This document shows, one piece after another, positions 18,816-30,000 of a stretch of DNA of 64,000 nucleotides. Source of the stretch: a virus; IMG/VR virus record IMGVR_UViG_3300001336_000002, positions 37,744 to 101,743 of that record. One strand, 5' to 3'. Made by a program: the position numbers and the translations under genes. Numbering within the stretch: position 1 is the stretch's first letter; each line of letters opens with the position of its first letter. The notes under the pieces were generated by a model that saw only the letters and a list, made by a program, of their open reading frames with translations, had not been told where the DNA came from and made no database searches.

Positions 18816-20177
18816 ATGGCTAAAAGATTCCTTACCCATATTGATTTAACGGGTAATCAAATTTTGAATGGCTCTTTTGAAAAACTTGCATCAGACCCCG
18901 CCACTGGTAATTTCGAGGGCCGCGTTTACTACAATACTGCTGACGATCTTCTAAAAGTGTATGACGGCGCGGTATGGAAGTCTGTAGGAAGTATTCTAGA
19001 CATTCAAGGAACCGCAGACGAGGTTACTGTATCCATTTCTAATGGAGTTGCAACAATCAGCCTTCCATCAACTATCAATGCTGATACTACTGGGAATGCT
19101 GCAACAGCAACAAAACTTGCTACCTCTCGCACTATCGAACTCACAGGAGATGTAACAGGCAGTGCAACATTTGATGGCTCTGCAAACGCCTCAATTACAG
19201 CAACAATTGCTGCAGATAGCGTTGCTCTAGGAACAGACACAACAGGAGACTATGTTGCTACCGTTGCTGGAACAGCAAATCAAGTTATTGTTTCTGGAAC
19301 GGGAACAGAGTCAAGAGATGTAACTCTTTCTACCCCACAGGACATTCACACTGGAGCAGAACCAACATTTGCTGGCGCGACTCTAGGAGAGGTTCAGGTA
19401 GGTGTTACTGGCAATAATGAAATTGACACCGCTACAGGCAACCTAACCATTGACTCTGCTGGTGGAACAGTAACAATTGATGATAACTTGATTGTTTCTG
19501 GAAATCTAACGGTTTCTGGAACTACCACCACAGTCAACACAGAAGAAGTTCTTATTGCCGATAATATCATTACCCTTAACTCTAATGCTACAGGAACTGC
19601 TACAGAGAATGCAGGAATTGAAGTAGAGCGTGGAGACGATCCTAATGTTGCCCTTAGATGGAACGAAACAGATGACACCTGGGAAGCAACAAGAGATGGT
19701 TCAACATACGCAGCACTACTTCTTGACGGAGATGAACTTAGCGCCAATGAAATTGTTGGTTTCCAAGAGGATGTAGAAGATGTTGTTGGAGGTCTAGTTT
19801 CTGGCAGCAACTCTATTTCTGTAACATACACAGACAATGGGACTGATCCAGGAGATCTAGCCATTGATACAACTCTTGCTACAACAAGTTACCTGTCAAA
19901 GACTAGCGGTCTTGCTGTAGACATTGCTACACTAGAAGCAAAACTTGTAACAGATTCTTTCACCAAGAAGGCTACTGCAAGTGTTGGTAATGGAACAAAT
20001 ACCTCATTTGCCGTAACTCATAATCTTGGCACAAGAGATGTGCAGGTTCAAATTTATGACAATGCTTCATATGATACTGTTGAGGCAGATGTAGTAAGAA
20101 CAGATGCAAACACTGTGACTGTTTCCTTTACTGTTGCCCCCGCAAATGATGCATATCGTGTAGTTGTAATAGGCTAG
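18816..20177 (+). CDS. Tail fibre-like structural protein
   Basis: T/G/D-rich; ATKLATSRTI.LTGDVTGS, GNLTVSGTTTTVN, HNLGTRDV. Confidence 0.7.
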   Translation: MAKRFLTHIDLTGNQILNGSFEKLASDPATGNFEGRVYYNTADDLLKVYDGAVWKSVGSILDIQGTADEVTVSISNGVATISLPSTINADTTGNAATATKLATSRTIELTGDVTGSATFDGSANASITATIAADSVALGTDTTGDYVATVAGTANQVIVSGTGTESRDVTLSTPQDIHTGAEPTFAGATLGEVQVGVTGNNEIDTATGNLTIDSAGGTVTIDDNLIVSGNLTVSGTTTTVNTEEVLIADNIITLNSNATGTATENAGIEVERGDDPNVALRWNETDDTWEATRDGSTYAALLLDGDELSANEIVGFQEDVEDVVGGLVSGSNSISVTYTDNGTDPGDLAIDTTLATTSYLSKTSGLAVDIATLEAKLVTDSFTKKATASVGNGTNTSFAVTHNLGTRDVQVQIYDNASYDTVEADVVRTDANTVTVSFTVAPANDAYRVVVIG

Positions 20178-20183
20178 TTAGTA

Positions 20184-20214
20184 GGGAGGGGGTAGTTTTG
20201 GGCTGCCCCCTCCT
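20184..20214 (+). terminator. GC hairpin followed by a late -10 promoter
   Basis: GGAGGGGGTAG/CTGCCCCCTCC; similar hairpin-plus-promoter units at 33850-33882, 42965-42990 and 46907-46929. Confidence 0.6.
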
Positions 20215-20239
20215 AAACTAGAAAGGATATAATGCTTAT

Positions 20240-21157
20240 ATGACAAAAAGATTCCTAGTCCCTATTAGTACAGACCACGTTGACTTCAACACAGATAATT
20301 CTTTTGAAAATACAACGGGGAGATTAAGATGGAACTCATCTGAGGGAACTCTAGATTTAGGGTTGTCTCCCACAAAAGAGATACATATTGGGCAAGATGC
20401 GGTATATAGGGTAAGAAACTCTACAGGTTCAATAATCTTAAAAGGAACTGCGCTATACGCTTCTGGAGTTGAGCCCTCTGGAAGGATAGATGTTTCTCCA
20501 TATGTTGCTGACGGATTGATTAGAGAAGTTAGATTTATGGGTCTTGCAACAGAAAACATAAGCAATGGTGTTAACGGATTTGTTCAGCATTTTGGATATC
20601 TTAAGGGCTTGGACACAAGAGGTACTGAAGAGACTGCAATATCTGTGGGTGATGAAACATGGGCTGCTGGAGATATTCTTTATGTACATCCAACTGTTCC
20701 GGGAAAACTTACAAATGTCAGGCCACAGCATGAAATCATTGTTGCACTTTTAATTAATAGACATCAATCAAGCGGGATACTTTTTGTAAGACCATCTACT
20801 CACGGCCATATTGATGACATTCACGATATTGAATTAACAAATCTACAAGACAAAGACATACTTTCCTATAATTCTACGTCTGGGTTATGGGAAAATGGTC
20901 AGCCAGATACCATCGTTCCATCTGGATCATCATATCCAGTATCTGATCTAGTTAATGGACAACTCTTTTATAATGTTACAAACGGAAGAACAGCAATACA
21001 TTTTGATAATATATGGAAAGAATTTGCCTACGTTGGAGATACGGCGGTACTTGATAATGGAAATTCTGGAACTACGGTATTCTCAGAAACAATAGATGGT
21101 GGCAACTCTTCAACAACAGTTTTCGTTGGACAATATGATGGAGGTACAAGCATTTAG
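20240..21157 (+). CDS. Virion structural/tail protein
   Basis: Context; beta-rich sequence; leaderless TATAAT promoter. Confidence 0.55.
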   Translation: MTKRFLVPISTDHVDFNTDNSFENTTGRLRWNSSEGTLDLGLSPTKEIHIGQDAVYRVRNSTGSIILKGTALYASGVEPSGRIDVSPYVADGLIREVRFMGLATENISNGVNGFVQHFGYLKGLDTRGTEETAISVGDETWAAGDILYVHPTVPGKLTNVRPQHEIIVALLINRHQSSGILFVRPSTHGHIDDIHDIELTNLQDKDILSYNSTSGLWENGQPDTIVPSGSSYPVSDLVNGQLFYNVTNGRTAIHFDNIWKEFAYVGDTAVLDNGNSGTTVFSETIDGGNSSTTVFVGQYDGGTSI

Positions 21158-21191
21158 AACAATAAATGTTATAATATAATGGAGGATTACA

Positions 21192-23804
21192 ATGGCTACG
21201 CTTATACAAATTAGAAGAGATACCCAGACAAATTGGACAACAAATGATCCAATATTAGCATCTGGTGAAATTGCCTTTTCTACCGATCAATATAAAATTA
21301 AAATAGGTGATGGAACTTCTAATTGGTCTGCCCTCGCTTATATGACTGCAACACCCACAGAAATTACAAATCAAATTAATGCAGCAGTAGCAGGAATTAT
21401 TGACGCAGCCCCCGCAGCCCTAGACACTTTAAATGAACTAGCAGCCGCGCTTAACGATGATCCAAATTTCTTTACTACAGTTGCCAACAATCTCTCTAAT
21501 CACGAATTGGATTCCACCAATGTTCACGGCATTGAAAATACGGCAGATCTAGCAACAAAGAACTACGCCGACACTGCTGTGTCAACGCATAATAGCGACA
21601 CTACAAGCGTTCACGGAATATCAAATACCGCCAATCTTGTTTATACAGATGATTCAAGGCTCTCTGACGCAAGAACTCCAACATCTCATAACCACACAAC
21701 ATCTGAAATTACTAATTTTACAGAAGACGTAGAAGATGTTGTAGGTGGTATGGTATCAAACAATACGGAGTCTGGGATTTCCGTTACATATGACGATGAA
21801 GCAGGAAAACTAAACTTTAATGTAAACGATCCAACCATTACTCTTTCTGGGGATGTTTCTGGCTCTGCTACGATGACTGATTTAGGAAACGTAACCATTA
21901 CTGCCACCGTCGCAGATGATAGTCATAATCACATTATTGAAAATGTAGATGGGCTACAAAACGCGCTTGATACCAAGTTAGACTCAGCATCCTACACCGC
22001 TTCAGACGTTTTAACAAAAATTAAAACTGTAGATGGATCTACTAGTGGACTAGACTCCGACTTGCTTGACGGACAGGAAGGATCTCACTACCTAGACTGG
22101 ACAAACACCACAAACAAACCAGACCCTGTAATAACTCTGGCAGGAGATTTAAGTGGATCAGTAACACTTACAGACTTAGAAAGTGGAACTCTTACAGCCA
22201 CTATAGTTGCAGATTCGGTTGCTCTAGGAACAGATACCACGGGTAATTATGTGGCAACCGTAGCAGGAACAGATGGAGTTTCTGTATCTGGATCAGGGTC
22301 TGAAACCGCTGACGTTACAATAGCAAACACCGATAAAGGATCTTCACAAAATATATTTAAAAATGTTGCAGTATCTGGTCAATCTGATATAGTTGCAGAC
22401 TCCAACAATGATACTCTTACTGTTTCGGGTGGAACAGGCATATCTTTAACAACAAATGCAACAACCGATACCCTTACCGTTACAAACTCTGGAGTAACCT
22501 CTCTAACAGGAACGTCCAACCAGATATCAGTTTCTGATTCTACTGGATCAGTAACCCTTTCTACTCCACAGAACATTGATTCTTCTGCAAGTCCAACATT
22601 TGCTGGTGCCACTCTTGACTCAATAAAGGTCGGTATGACAAATGCTAACGAAATTGATACAACATCAGGAAATCTTATTTTGGATTCCGCTGGAGGAACT
22701 GTAGAAATAGATGACAACCTGATTGTTTCAGGAGATTTTACAGTTAATGGATCTACCACCACGATCAATGCAACCACCATTACAGTAGATGATAAAAATA
22801 TTGAACTTGGATCTGTAGATAACCCAACTGACACTGCCGCAAATGGCGGAGGAATTACTCTTAAAGGAACAACAGACAAAACATTTAATTGGTCTGATGC
22901 TACAGATTCCTGGACTTCATCAGAGCATATTGACCTAGTTAGTGGAAAAGTATTAAAAATTAATGGATCTCAGGTTCTTTCTGCAACAGAATTTGTTGGA
23001 AATTCGGCAACCGTTACTGATGGCGTTGTTACTACTGGTTCATATTCTGATCCCTCCTGGATTACAGGTCTGTCATGGAGTAAAATTTCTTCTACTCCAA
23101 CAACTCTTTCTGGGTATGGCATTAGTGATGCACAGCCCCTGGACACCGAACTAACGGCTCTTTCTGGACTAACGTCTGAAGCAGACGCGCTACCTTATTT
23201 CACGGGAGCGGGAACAGCAGCAATAACAATGTTCACCTCCTTCGGCAGATCATTAGTAGACGATGTAGATGCTGCTACTGCAAGATCAACAATGGGTATT
23301 GGAAATGTAGAGAATGTCGCACTGTCAACATGGGCGGGAAGTACAAGCGTCACTACTCTAGGGACAATAGTTACTGGAACATGGAACGGATCAGTTATTG
23401 GAGATTCATACATAGATTCTGGAATTGCAAGACTTGCTTCACCATCATTTACTGGATCTATTACATTAGATTCAAAGGCAAATGTAGATACAACAAGTAC
23501 AACTATTTCTGCAACTACCGCCACAACTATCGATACTCTAAGTGCTTCTTCATACAGAAGCGCAGAGTATTTGGTACAAGTAACACAAGATACAAAGCAA
23601 ACAGTATCAAAAATTATCATGATTCATGATGGAACTACCGCCAATATTTCAGAATACGGTGTCATTGAATTAGGAGGAACGAGAATTCCTCTTACACTCT
23701 CTGCCACCATTTCTGGAACAGACGTACTTCTGCAAGCAACTATTACAGATGCCGATACTACAAATGCGACGGTAGAAGTAGTTAGAACAGCAATTGTGCT
23801 ATAA
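21192..23804 (+). CDS. Long tail fibre with Mtd-N-like anchoring domain
   Basis: IQIRRDT..NW...PILA.GE...KIGDG; DTLNELAAAL; fibre repeats. Confidence 0.75.
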   Translation: MATLIQIRRDTQTNWTTNDPILASGEIAFSTDQYKIKIGDGTSNWSALAYMTATPTEITNQINAAVAGIIDAAPAALDTLNELAAALNDDPNFFTTVANNLSNHELDSTNVHGIENTADLATKNYADTAVSTHNSDTTSVHGISNTANLVYTDDSRLSDARTPTSHNHTTSEITNFTEDVEDVVGGMVSNNTESGISVTYDDEAGKLNFNVNDPTITLSGDVSGSATMTDLGNVTITATVADDSHNHIIENVDGLQNALDTKLDSASYTASDVLTKIKTVDGSTSGLDSDLLDGQEGSHYLDWTNTTNKPDPVITLAGDLSGSVTLTDLESGTLTATIVADSVALGTDTTGNYVATVAGTDGVSVSGSGSETADVTIANTDKGSSQNIFKNVAVSGQSDIVADSNNDTLTVSGGTGISLTTNATTDTLTVTNSGVTSLTGTSNQISVSDSTGSVTLSTPQNIDSSASPTFAGATLDSIKVGMTNANEIDTTSGNLILDSAGGTVEIDDNLIVSGDFTVNGSTTTINATTITVDDKNIELGSVDNPTDTAANGGGITLKGTTDKTFNWSDATDSWTSSEHIDLVSGKVLKINGSQVLSATEFVGNSATVTDGVVTTGSYSDPSWITGLSWSKISSTPTTLSGYGISDAQPLDTELTALSGLTSEADALPYFTGAGTAAITMFTSFGRSLVDDVDAATARSTMGIGNVENVALSTWAGSTSVTTLGTIVTGTWNGSVIGDSYIDSGIARLASPSFTGSITLDSKANVDTTSTTISATTATTIDTLSASSYRSAEYLVQVTQDTKQTVSKIIMIHDGTTANISEYGVIELGGTRIPLTLSATISGTDVLLQATITDADTTNATVEVVRTAIVL

Positions 23805-23838
23805 TAAAAATAAATAAACAAAGGGGATAGTGAACCTT

Positions 23839-24396
23839 ATGGCAGATAAGAACTTCAAAGTAAAGAATGGTCTAGAAGTGGGAGACCATGATATTGTTAC
23901 TCCTGATGGAACAATAACTCTTCCTAATGGAACCCATACTCTTGTACCTTCCGACTCTCCTACTCTTACGGGAACTGTAGGCCTTCCTTCAACAACCTCT
24001 ATCGGAAATGTTTCAGACACCGAAATTGGATATTTAGATGGCGTTACGTCTGCTATTCAAACACAGTTAGACTCTAAAGCAGGTTCTTTAGTATCCATAA
24101 ATACTCAAACTGGAACGTCTTATACATTAGCACTATCAGATTCTAATAAATTAGTAGAAATGAATAATGCTGCTGCGAATACTTTAATTATTCCACTCAA
24201 TTCTAGTGTTGCTTTTCCCATTGGAACTAAGATTGATTTTATTCAAACTGGAGCAGGAGAAACATCTGCATCTCCAACATCTGGTGTTACCTTGAATTCA
24301 GATACTGATAAACGTACAATTAATGCACAATGGGCAGCGGCATCATTGATCAAGCGTGGAACAGATACCTGGGCACTTATTGGAGCATTAAAGTAA
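23839..24396 (+). CDS. Tail fibre adaptor protein
   Basis: C-terminal YTL..SD...FPIGT.I..Q.GAG...W.L.G.L domain shared with 28044 and 28957. Confidence 0.6.
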   Translation: MADKNFKVKNGLEVGDHDIVTPDGTITLPNGTHTLVPSDSPTLTGTVGLPSTTSIGNVSDTEIGYLDGVTSAIQTQLDSKAGSLVSINTQTGTSYTLALSDSNKLVEMNNAAANTLIIPLNSSVAFPIGTKIDFIQTGAGETSASPTSGVTLNSDTDKRTINAQWAAASLIKRGTDTWALIGALK

Positions 24397-25415
24397 TGAG
24401 TTTGTGGTTGGGTATATTGTCCGGTCAAATTTCTTCTACTGCTTTGCAAGAAAATATTGCGGTATCGCACCAACTCAGTCCCTTCATCACCGTCTATCCT
24501 TGGAGTTCAGGCTTTGGCACCAAGTATGCCGATCCTGCTATATTGCCTTCCTCCGCTGGTTTCTCCACAGCATTTTCACCATCAGGCAATGATCTTGCGG
24601 TAGCGCACGACCTCGGTCCCTACATCACCGTCTATCCTTGGAGTTCAGGCTTTGGCACCAAGTATGCCGATCCTGCTATATTGCCTGGTTATTACGGTTT
24701 CTCCACAGCATTTTCACCATCAGGCAATGATCTTGCGGTAGCGCACGACTTCTCTCCCCGCATCTCCGTCTATCCTTGGAGTTCAGGCTTTGGCACCAAG
24801 TATGCCGATCCTGCTATATTGCCTTCCTACACTGGTCTCTCCACAGCATTTTCACCATCAGGCAATGATCTTGCGGTAGGGCACCGATTCAGTCCCTACA
24901 TCTCCGTCTATGCTTGGAGTTCAGGCTTTGGCACCAAGTATGCCAATCCTGCTATATTGCCTTCCTACACTGGTCTCTCCACAGCATTTTCACCATCAGG
25001 CAATGATCTTGCGGTAGCGCACGGATTCAGTCCCTACATCACCGTCTATCCTTGGAATGCAGGCTTTGGCACCAAGTATGCCGATCCTGCTATATTGCCT
25101 TTCTACACTGGTCTCTCCACAGCATTTTCACCATCAGGCAATGATCTTGCGGTAGCGCACGAATACGCTCCCAACATCACCGTCTATCCTTGGAATGCAG
25201 GCTTTGGCACCAAGTATGCCAATCCTGCTATATTGCCGACGGGTTACGGTTTCTCCACAGCATTTTCACCATCAGGCAATGATCTTGCGGTAGCGCACCG
25301 ACTCTCTCCCCACATCACCGTCTATCCTTGGAGTTCAGGCTTTGGCACCAAGTATGCCAATCCTGCTATATTGCCTGCTTCTTACGGTTTCTCCACAGCA
25401 TTTTCACCTAACTAG
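24396..25415 (+). CDS. Seven-bladed WD40-like beta-propeller, putative receptor-binding protein
   Basis: Seven 46-aa repeats (AFSPSGNDLAVAH...YPW); TAATG-coupled to the adaptor gene. Confidence 0.75.
   Translation: MSLWLGILSGQISSTALQENIAVSHQLSPFITVYPWSSGFGTKYADPAILPSSAGFSTAFSPSGNDLAVAHDLGPYITVYPWSSGFGTKYADPAILPGYYGFSTAFSPSGNDLAVAHDFSPRISVYPWSSGFGTKYADPAILPSYTGLSTAFSPSGNDLAVGHRFSPYISVYAWSSGFGTKYANPAILPSYTGLSTAFSPSGNDLAVAHGFSPYITVYPWNAGFGTKYADPAILPFYTGLSTAFSPSGNDLAVAHEYAPNITVYPWNAGFGTKYANPAILPTGYGFSTAFSPSGNDLAVAHRLSPHITVYPWSSGFGTKYANPAILPASYGFSTAFSPN
24457..25408 (+). repeat. Seven tandem 138-bp near-identical repeats
   Basis: Units start at 24457, 24595, 24733, 24871, 25009, 25147 and 25285. 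Confidence 0.95.
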
Positions 25416-25429
25416 AAGAAAGATCAATA

Positions 25430-26260
25430 ATGAAAAAAATCTATTATATGTCAGGGCTTCCAAGATCTGGAAGCACATTAATTTCATCTATATTAAATCA
25501 AAATACAAATATTTATGCATCAAGCAATTCTTCTATTGTTCCATTAGCCGCGATAGTTGAGGCTAGCATTCTTGCATCAGAGTCATACAATGCTCACCCC
25601 CGACCAAAAGTTATCAAAAAAACGGTGTCTGGAGTAATAGAAAACTTCTACTCAGATAGAAAAGAAGAATACATCATAGACAAATCACGATTAGTCACTA
25701 TTCCCGAGCATTTTAGATGTATCCAGCGGAACTTTGACTATAAACCAAAGGTTATTATCCCTGTACGGAATGTGACAGATGTACTAGCGTCATTCTTAAA
25801 ATTAGTGTATAAGACTCCATCAGATCAAGATAACTTTATTGATAAAGATATAGCAACATTAAACGACATTAATCTATATCTGTCAAAAGATGATACTCGT
25901 GTAGAGCATCTTATGAAACCAAAAGGAATGATAGATAATCAACTATATGGCATAGCATTTATGCTCCAGCCAGAATTTAGAAAGTATGCACATTTTATTG
26001 AATATGATAGTTTAATGTCAGATACGCGGGGGGAGATAGAAAAACTCTACTCCTTCCTTGAAATAGAACCATTTGAGCATAACTATGACAACATTAAGAA
26101 TGTTACTCCAGAAAATGATAAGGTATACGGTGTAGTCAATATGCATACAGTAAGAAAAACTATTTCACCCAGCACCACCAACGCCAAAGCAATTTTGTCT
26201 GAATATGCCTATAATAAATACAGTAATTTAGAATTTTGGCGGCAAGCATTAGGATACTAA
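25430..26260 (+). CDS. Sulfotransferase family protein
   Basis: GLPRSGSTL PAPS-binding loop; DKSR; R...DVLAS. Confidence 0.8.
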   Translation: MKKIYYMSGLPRSGSTLISSILNQNTNIYASSNSSIVPLAAIVEASILASESYNAHPRPKVIKKTVSGVIENFYSDRKEEYIIDKSRLVTIPEHFRCIQRNFDYKPKVIIPVRNVTDVLASFLKLVYKTPSDQDNFIDKDIATLNDINLYLSKDDTRVEHLMKPKGMIDNQLYGIAFMLQPEFRKYAHFIEYDSLMSDTRGEIEKLYSFLEIEPFEHNYDNIKNVTPENDKVYGVVNMHTVRKTISPSTTNAKAILSEYAYNKYSNLEFWRQALGY

Positions 26261-26290
26261 TATGATATAATATATCAAGGAGGAATTAAT

Positions 26291-26605
26291 ATGAGTGAAC
26301 AACCAGTAGAGCCAACTAAAACCCCCTTCGAATTACGACAGGAAGAAGTTTCCCAATATCAGGCCAACATTGATCTTTATACAGCAGTAGTTGCAGGACT
26401 ACCATCAGAATGGCCCGATCATTTAGTTCAATATAAAGGTCGAACAGACAAACATGCGGCCATTGCTGAAATTGATGATCTTGAAGACGTAGTTCTTGTA
26501 AGCGATCTTTGGACACATGATCAGGCAGTTGCTGCAATTCGGTCGGAAACATTAGAAATGCGTAAAGCACAGTCTATTCTTAATGCTCTTATCGCACAGC
26601 AATAA
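26291..26605 (+). CDS. Hypothetical protein
   Basis: TGATATAAT promoter and GGAGG SD. Confidence 0.6.
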   Translation: MSEQPVEPTKTPFELRQEEVSQYQANIDLYTAVVAGLPSEWPDHLVQYKGRTDKHAAIAEIDDLEDVVLVSDLWTHDQAVAAIRSETLEMRKAQSILNALIAQQ

Positions 26606-26683
26606 GGTTATACTGCCGTCAAAAATATTGACGGAATTGATTTAATGCGATAGTATATATCTATATCAAAAGAAAGGTATATA

Positions 26684-27070
26684 ATGTCAAATCCAAATAT
26701 TGTTTTGTCTGGTCGTATTGGTACAGAAATTGAATCACGAAAGATGCCAGATGGAACAATGAAAGCAAAGTTTAGGGTTATTACTTCAGACCGCCGCAAA
26801 AATGAGTTTGGTCAGTGGGAAGACAAGGACACCTCTGGTTGGACAGTAGTGGCCTGGGACAATCTTGCAAACAAGGTCATTACGCATCTCTCCAAGGGAG
26901 ATCCCGTTACTGTCCAGGGTACAATTAAAGAGGTTTCCTGGATGGACCAAGAAGGTAATAGGAAGAAGTCAACAGAAACCAGGGCATCAGAAATCTCAAT
27001 CAATCTATATGCTTTGAAAACTGAATCTGAATCTCAGACAGTTTCTGCCAACGTAGAACTTGAGTGGTAA
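26684..27070 (+). CDS. ssb: Single-stranded DNA-binding protein
   Basis: OB-fold pattern: W.VVAW..LA.....L.KGD.V.V.G....W....G. Confidence 0.85.
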   Translation: MSNPNIVLSGRIGTEIESRKMPDGTMKAKFRVITSDRRKNEFGQWEDKDTSGWTVVAWDNLANKVITHLSKGDPVTVQGTIKEVSWMDQEGNRKKSTETRASEISINLYALKTESESQTVSANVELEW

Positions 27071-27085
27071 TGATATAATAGCAAT

Positions 27086-30000
27086 ATGGCTTTTCCAGCG
27101 ACATACAATATCTCCTATTATCAAGGCGATGTTTATGACTTTATCATTAGACCAAAAACTTCTTTAGGAGAAATATTTCCAGTGTCTGCTGCCATATATG
27201 ATGCCTATCTGAGAATAGACGATGAAAGAGGCGGGGAAGACGGAACGGCAATATCTCAAATAAATGTTTCTATATCCGACAACTCTCTTATATGCTCAAT
27301 CCCTCCATCTGAGGGAAACAAGTTATCTTCTGGAACAATATACTATTACGATGTGTCAATAGAAAATAAGACTGATCCGAATATCGTATACACCTTGCTT
27401 ACTGGAACTATAACAGTAACTGACGATATTGCTACGGGGTCATAATGGCAGAAGTTGATGTACTATTAAATACAGACGACCTTCTTGTTTTAGGTCCACC
27501 AAATAACATCGACTTGTCTGTTTCTGTAGGACAACAAGGTGTAAGAGGGGCTAAATTTTTTGCGGGTCCAGGGAATCCAAATGATGCTTCAATATCTCAA
27601 GACTTATTTGGAGAAACCGTGTCTCCTGTAGAAGGAGACATATTTATAAATTATTCCTCTGGATCACAATATGGCTGGCTATATATTTACAATCCCAAGG
27701 GAACAGGAATAGATGATTGGGATGAAGTTCTTATTCTTCAGCCCCCAATATATGTAAAGCAAATGGAAGCGGTGTTCTCTGCAGGGGTTTCTTCTGTATC
27801 AATACCTTTAACAAGCATACTCCCTGTTGGAGTATCAGAATCAAATACAGACAACTATATCGTTAATGTTACCCCTAACAACGCCTCTCCAATATCTATA
27901 TCAATTTCTTCTAAGTCAATTGTTTCTGGAGCACTAAAAATAGATTTTTCGGGGGCAAAGTGTGATACGTCAACCTATTCTTGGTCGGCACTAAATGAAA
28001 CAGTTGATTTAAATATAAGCGTTTACGTCTCTCAGGAGTAACTATGTCTCCATACCAAATAGGAATCAACCATCCAACACTATCTCCTTCATTTGAAGAT
28101 GATGCACAAATAGAAGAGGCATTTTATTTATATCATTATGGGGTAGAAGGGTGGGATGAGGAAAATCCAACAACAATTCCCTTAAATAGCATTGAGGGAA
28201 GGTTGTCAGATTTTGATCAAAGAATAACTTCTGTTGACTCACAGGTGTCTGCTTCTGCTCCATATTTAAAAAAGTCCCCTGGGGAAAATGAAAATATCAT
28301 TGTTCCAACTGATCCAGGAATTACCCCCCTATACATCTCTTCAATATTTGCTAATTTTCAAGAATGGCAAAATAGTTCTCTATCTCCAAGAGCAATAATT
28401 TCAGGGGATAACAATGGATATCTAGCGCTGGTAGGATACTTCTCTATTGTTGCGCCATCATCATCCTCTATTGCACAAAATATTGAAATATTAGATGTCA
28501 CACATTTAGGAATTGTCGTTAAATCTGCCGCGTCTCAAACGGCAAACCTTCAAGAATGGCAGAATGTTAATGGTCTTGTAAAGTCATATGTTGATCCTTA
28601 TGGCAAGGTTGGACAAAGCAAAACAATCATACAAAGAAACTCATCTTTTACTTTAAACAATAACTCATTTAAGAAAAAATTATTTATAATAAATTCTTCT
28701 TCTAATGTTGTTGTTACTATTCCAGACGACTCTACATTTAGCAACAGCATAGGTACAGAAATAGATTTTTTAAGATATGGATCAGGAGAGGTTTCGTTTT
28801 TGGCTCAGGGCTCGGCTGCAATACTTTCTGAATCAAATAAAAACTCTATTGCAGCACAATATACTGCTGCCAAAATAATAAAAACAGATGCAAACACATG
28901 GAATCTTTATGGGGGAATAAAAACATTATGATAATATATTTTTTAGAGGATAAAAAATGCCACAAGAAATAGGACAGTCTTTTAAAAGCGTAATCCCCAC
29001 ATTGGCAGACGACTCTTCAATCGAAGAAGCCTTCTACATGTATCATTATGGAAATGCCTTTTGGACAACAGGCCAGCCAATTCCATCAAACAGTATAGAG
29101 GGAATTCTTTCATCGTTAGAAGCAAGAATAACAGATAATGAAAACTCCATACAAAATTTAAGCAATACCTATATTGCTACATCTCCTTCATCCACTGATC
29201 AAAATATAATTCAGGCGACTAGCGCATTGTACGTTCCTTTAACAGTTAGAGGCGCATCAGGTCAAACAGCAAACTTGCAAGAATGGGTGGTAGATACAGG
29301 AAGTAGTCTAATAACAAAAGCAAGAATTTCTGCTAATGGATCATTTTCAACACTAGGATACCTATCTATTGGCTCTATAAACATAAGTAGTTCTGTTGCG
29401 AATAGGATACAAATTGCCTCCCCAACCCACAGAGGTATTGTAATAAGGTCTGCATCATCTCAATCAGCGAACCTTCAAGAATGGCAAGATAACAGCGGAA
29501 ACATTTTACTTTCAGTAGACCAAGGTGGGTCTTTTGTTTATAATGTTCCAGTTGAGGATGCATATTTTATTTCTGTAAATCAGCCACCCACCCCTGAATA
29601 TTTGCTATTAACAGTATCAGAAAGCAGCACGGGTAAAACATTTATTTTAAACGAGTCGTCAAGTCGTAATGCAGTAATATCAATAAATACCAATAGTACG
29701 TCTACAGATTCAATAGGCACTCAAATATCTTTTATAAATTTTAGAGACTCAGAGGTAGAATTTCAGCCAAGTGGATCAACAATTCTTAGATCAGAAAATA
29801 ATTATAGAAAAATTGACGGAAAATATTCTGCAGCAACTTTAATAAAGGTATCGTCAAATGAATGGGTACTTTTAGGAGCACTAAAGTCATGATTTTAGGT
29901 GTTTCAGAAAGCCAGGACGGATATTTTGTTACTACTGGAGCAAATTATGAATATGTGCAGGCAAACCACCAACTAAATTATGGATATTGCATATTTACTG

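Noticed and set aside
21192-21350. Mtd N-terminal domain as evidence of tropism switching
   Set aside because: This anchoring domain is common in fibres without a DGR; no C-type lectin variable region seen.
24457-25408. Classical diversity-generating retroelement
   Set aside because: No reverse transcriptase or template repeat is visible in the window, and synonymous adenines in the repeats are invariant; kept only as an alternative hypothesis.
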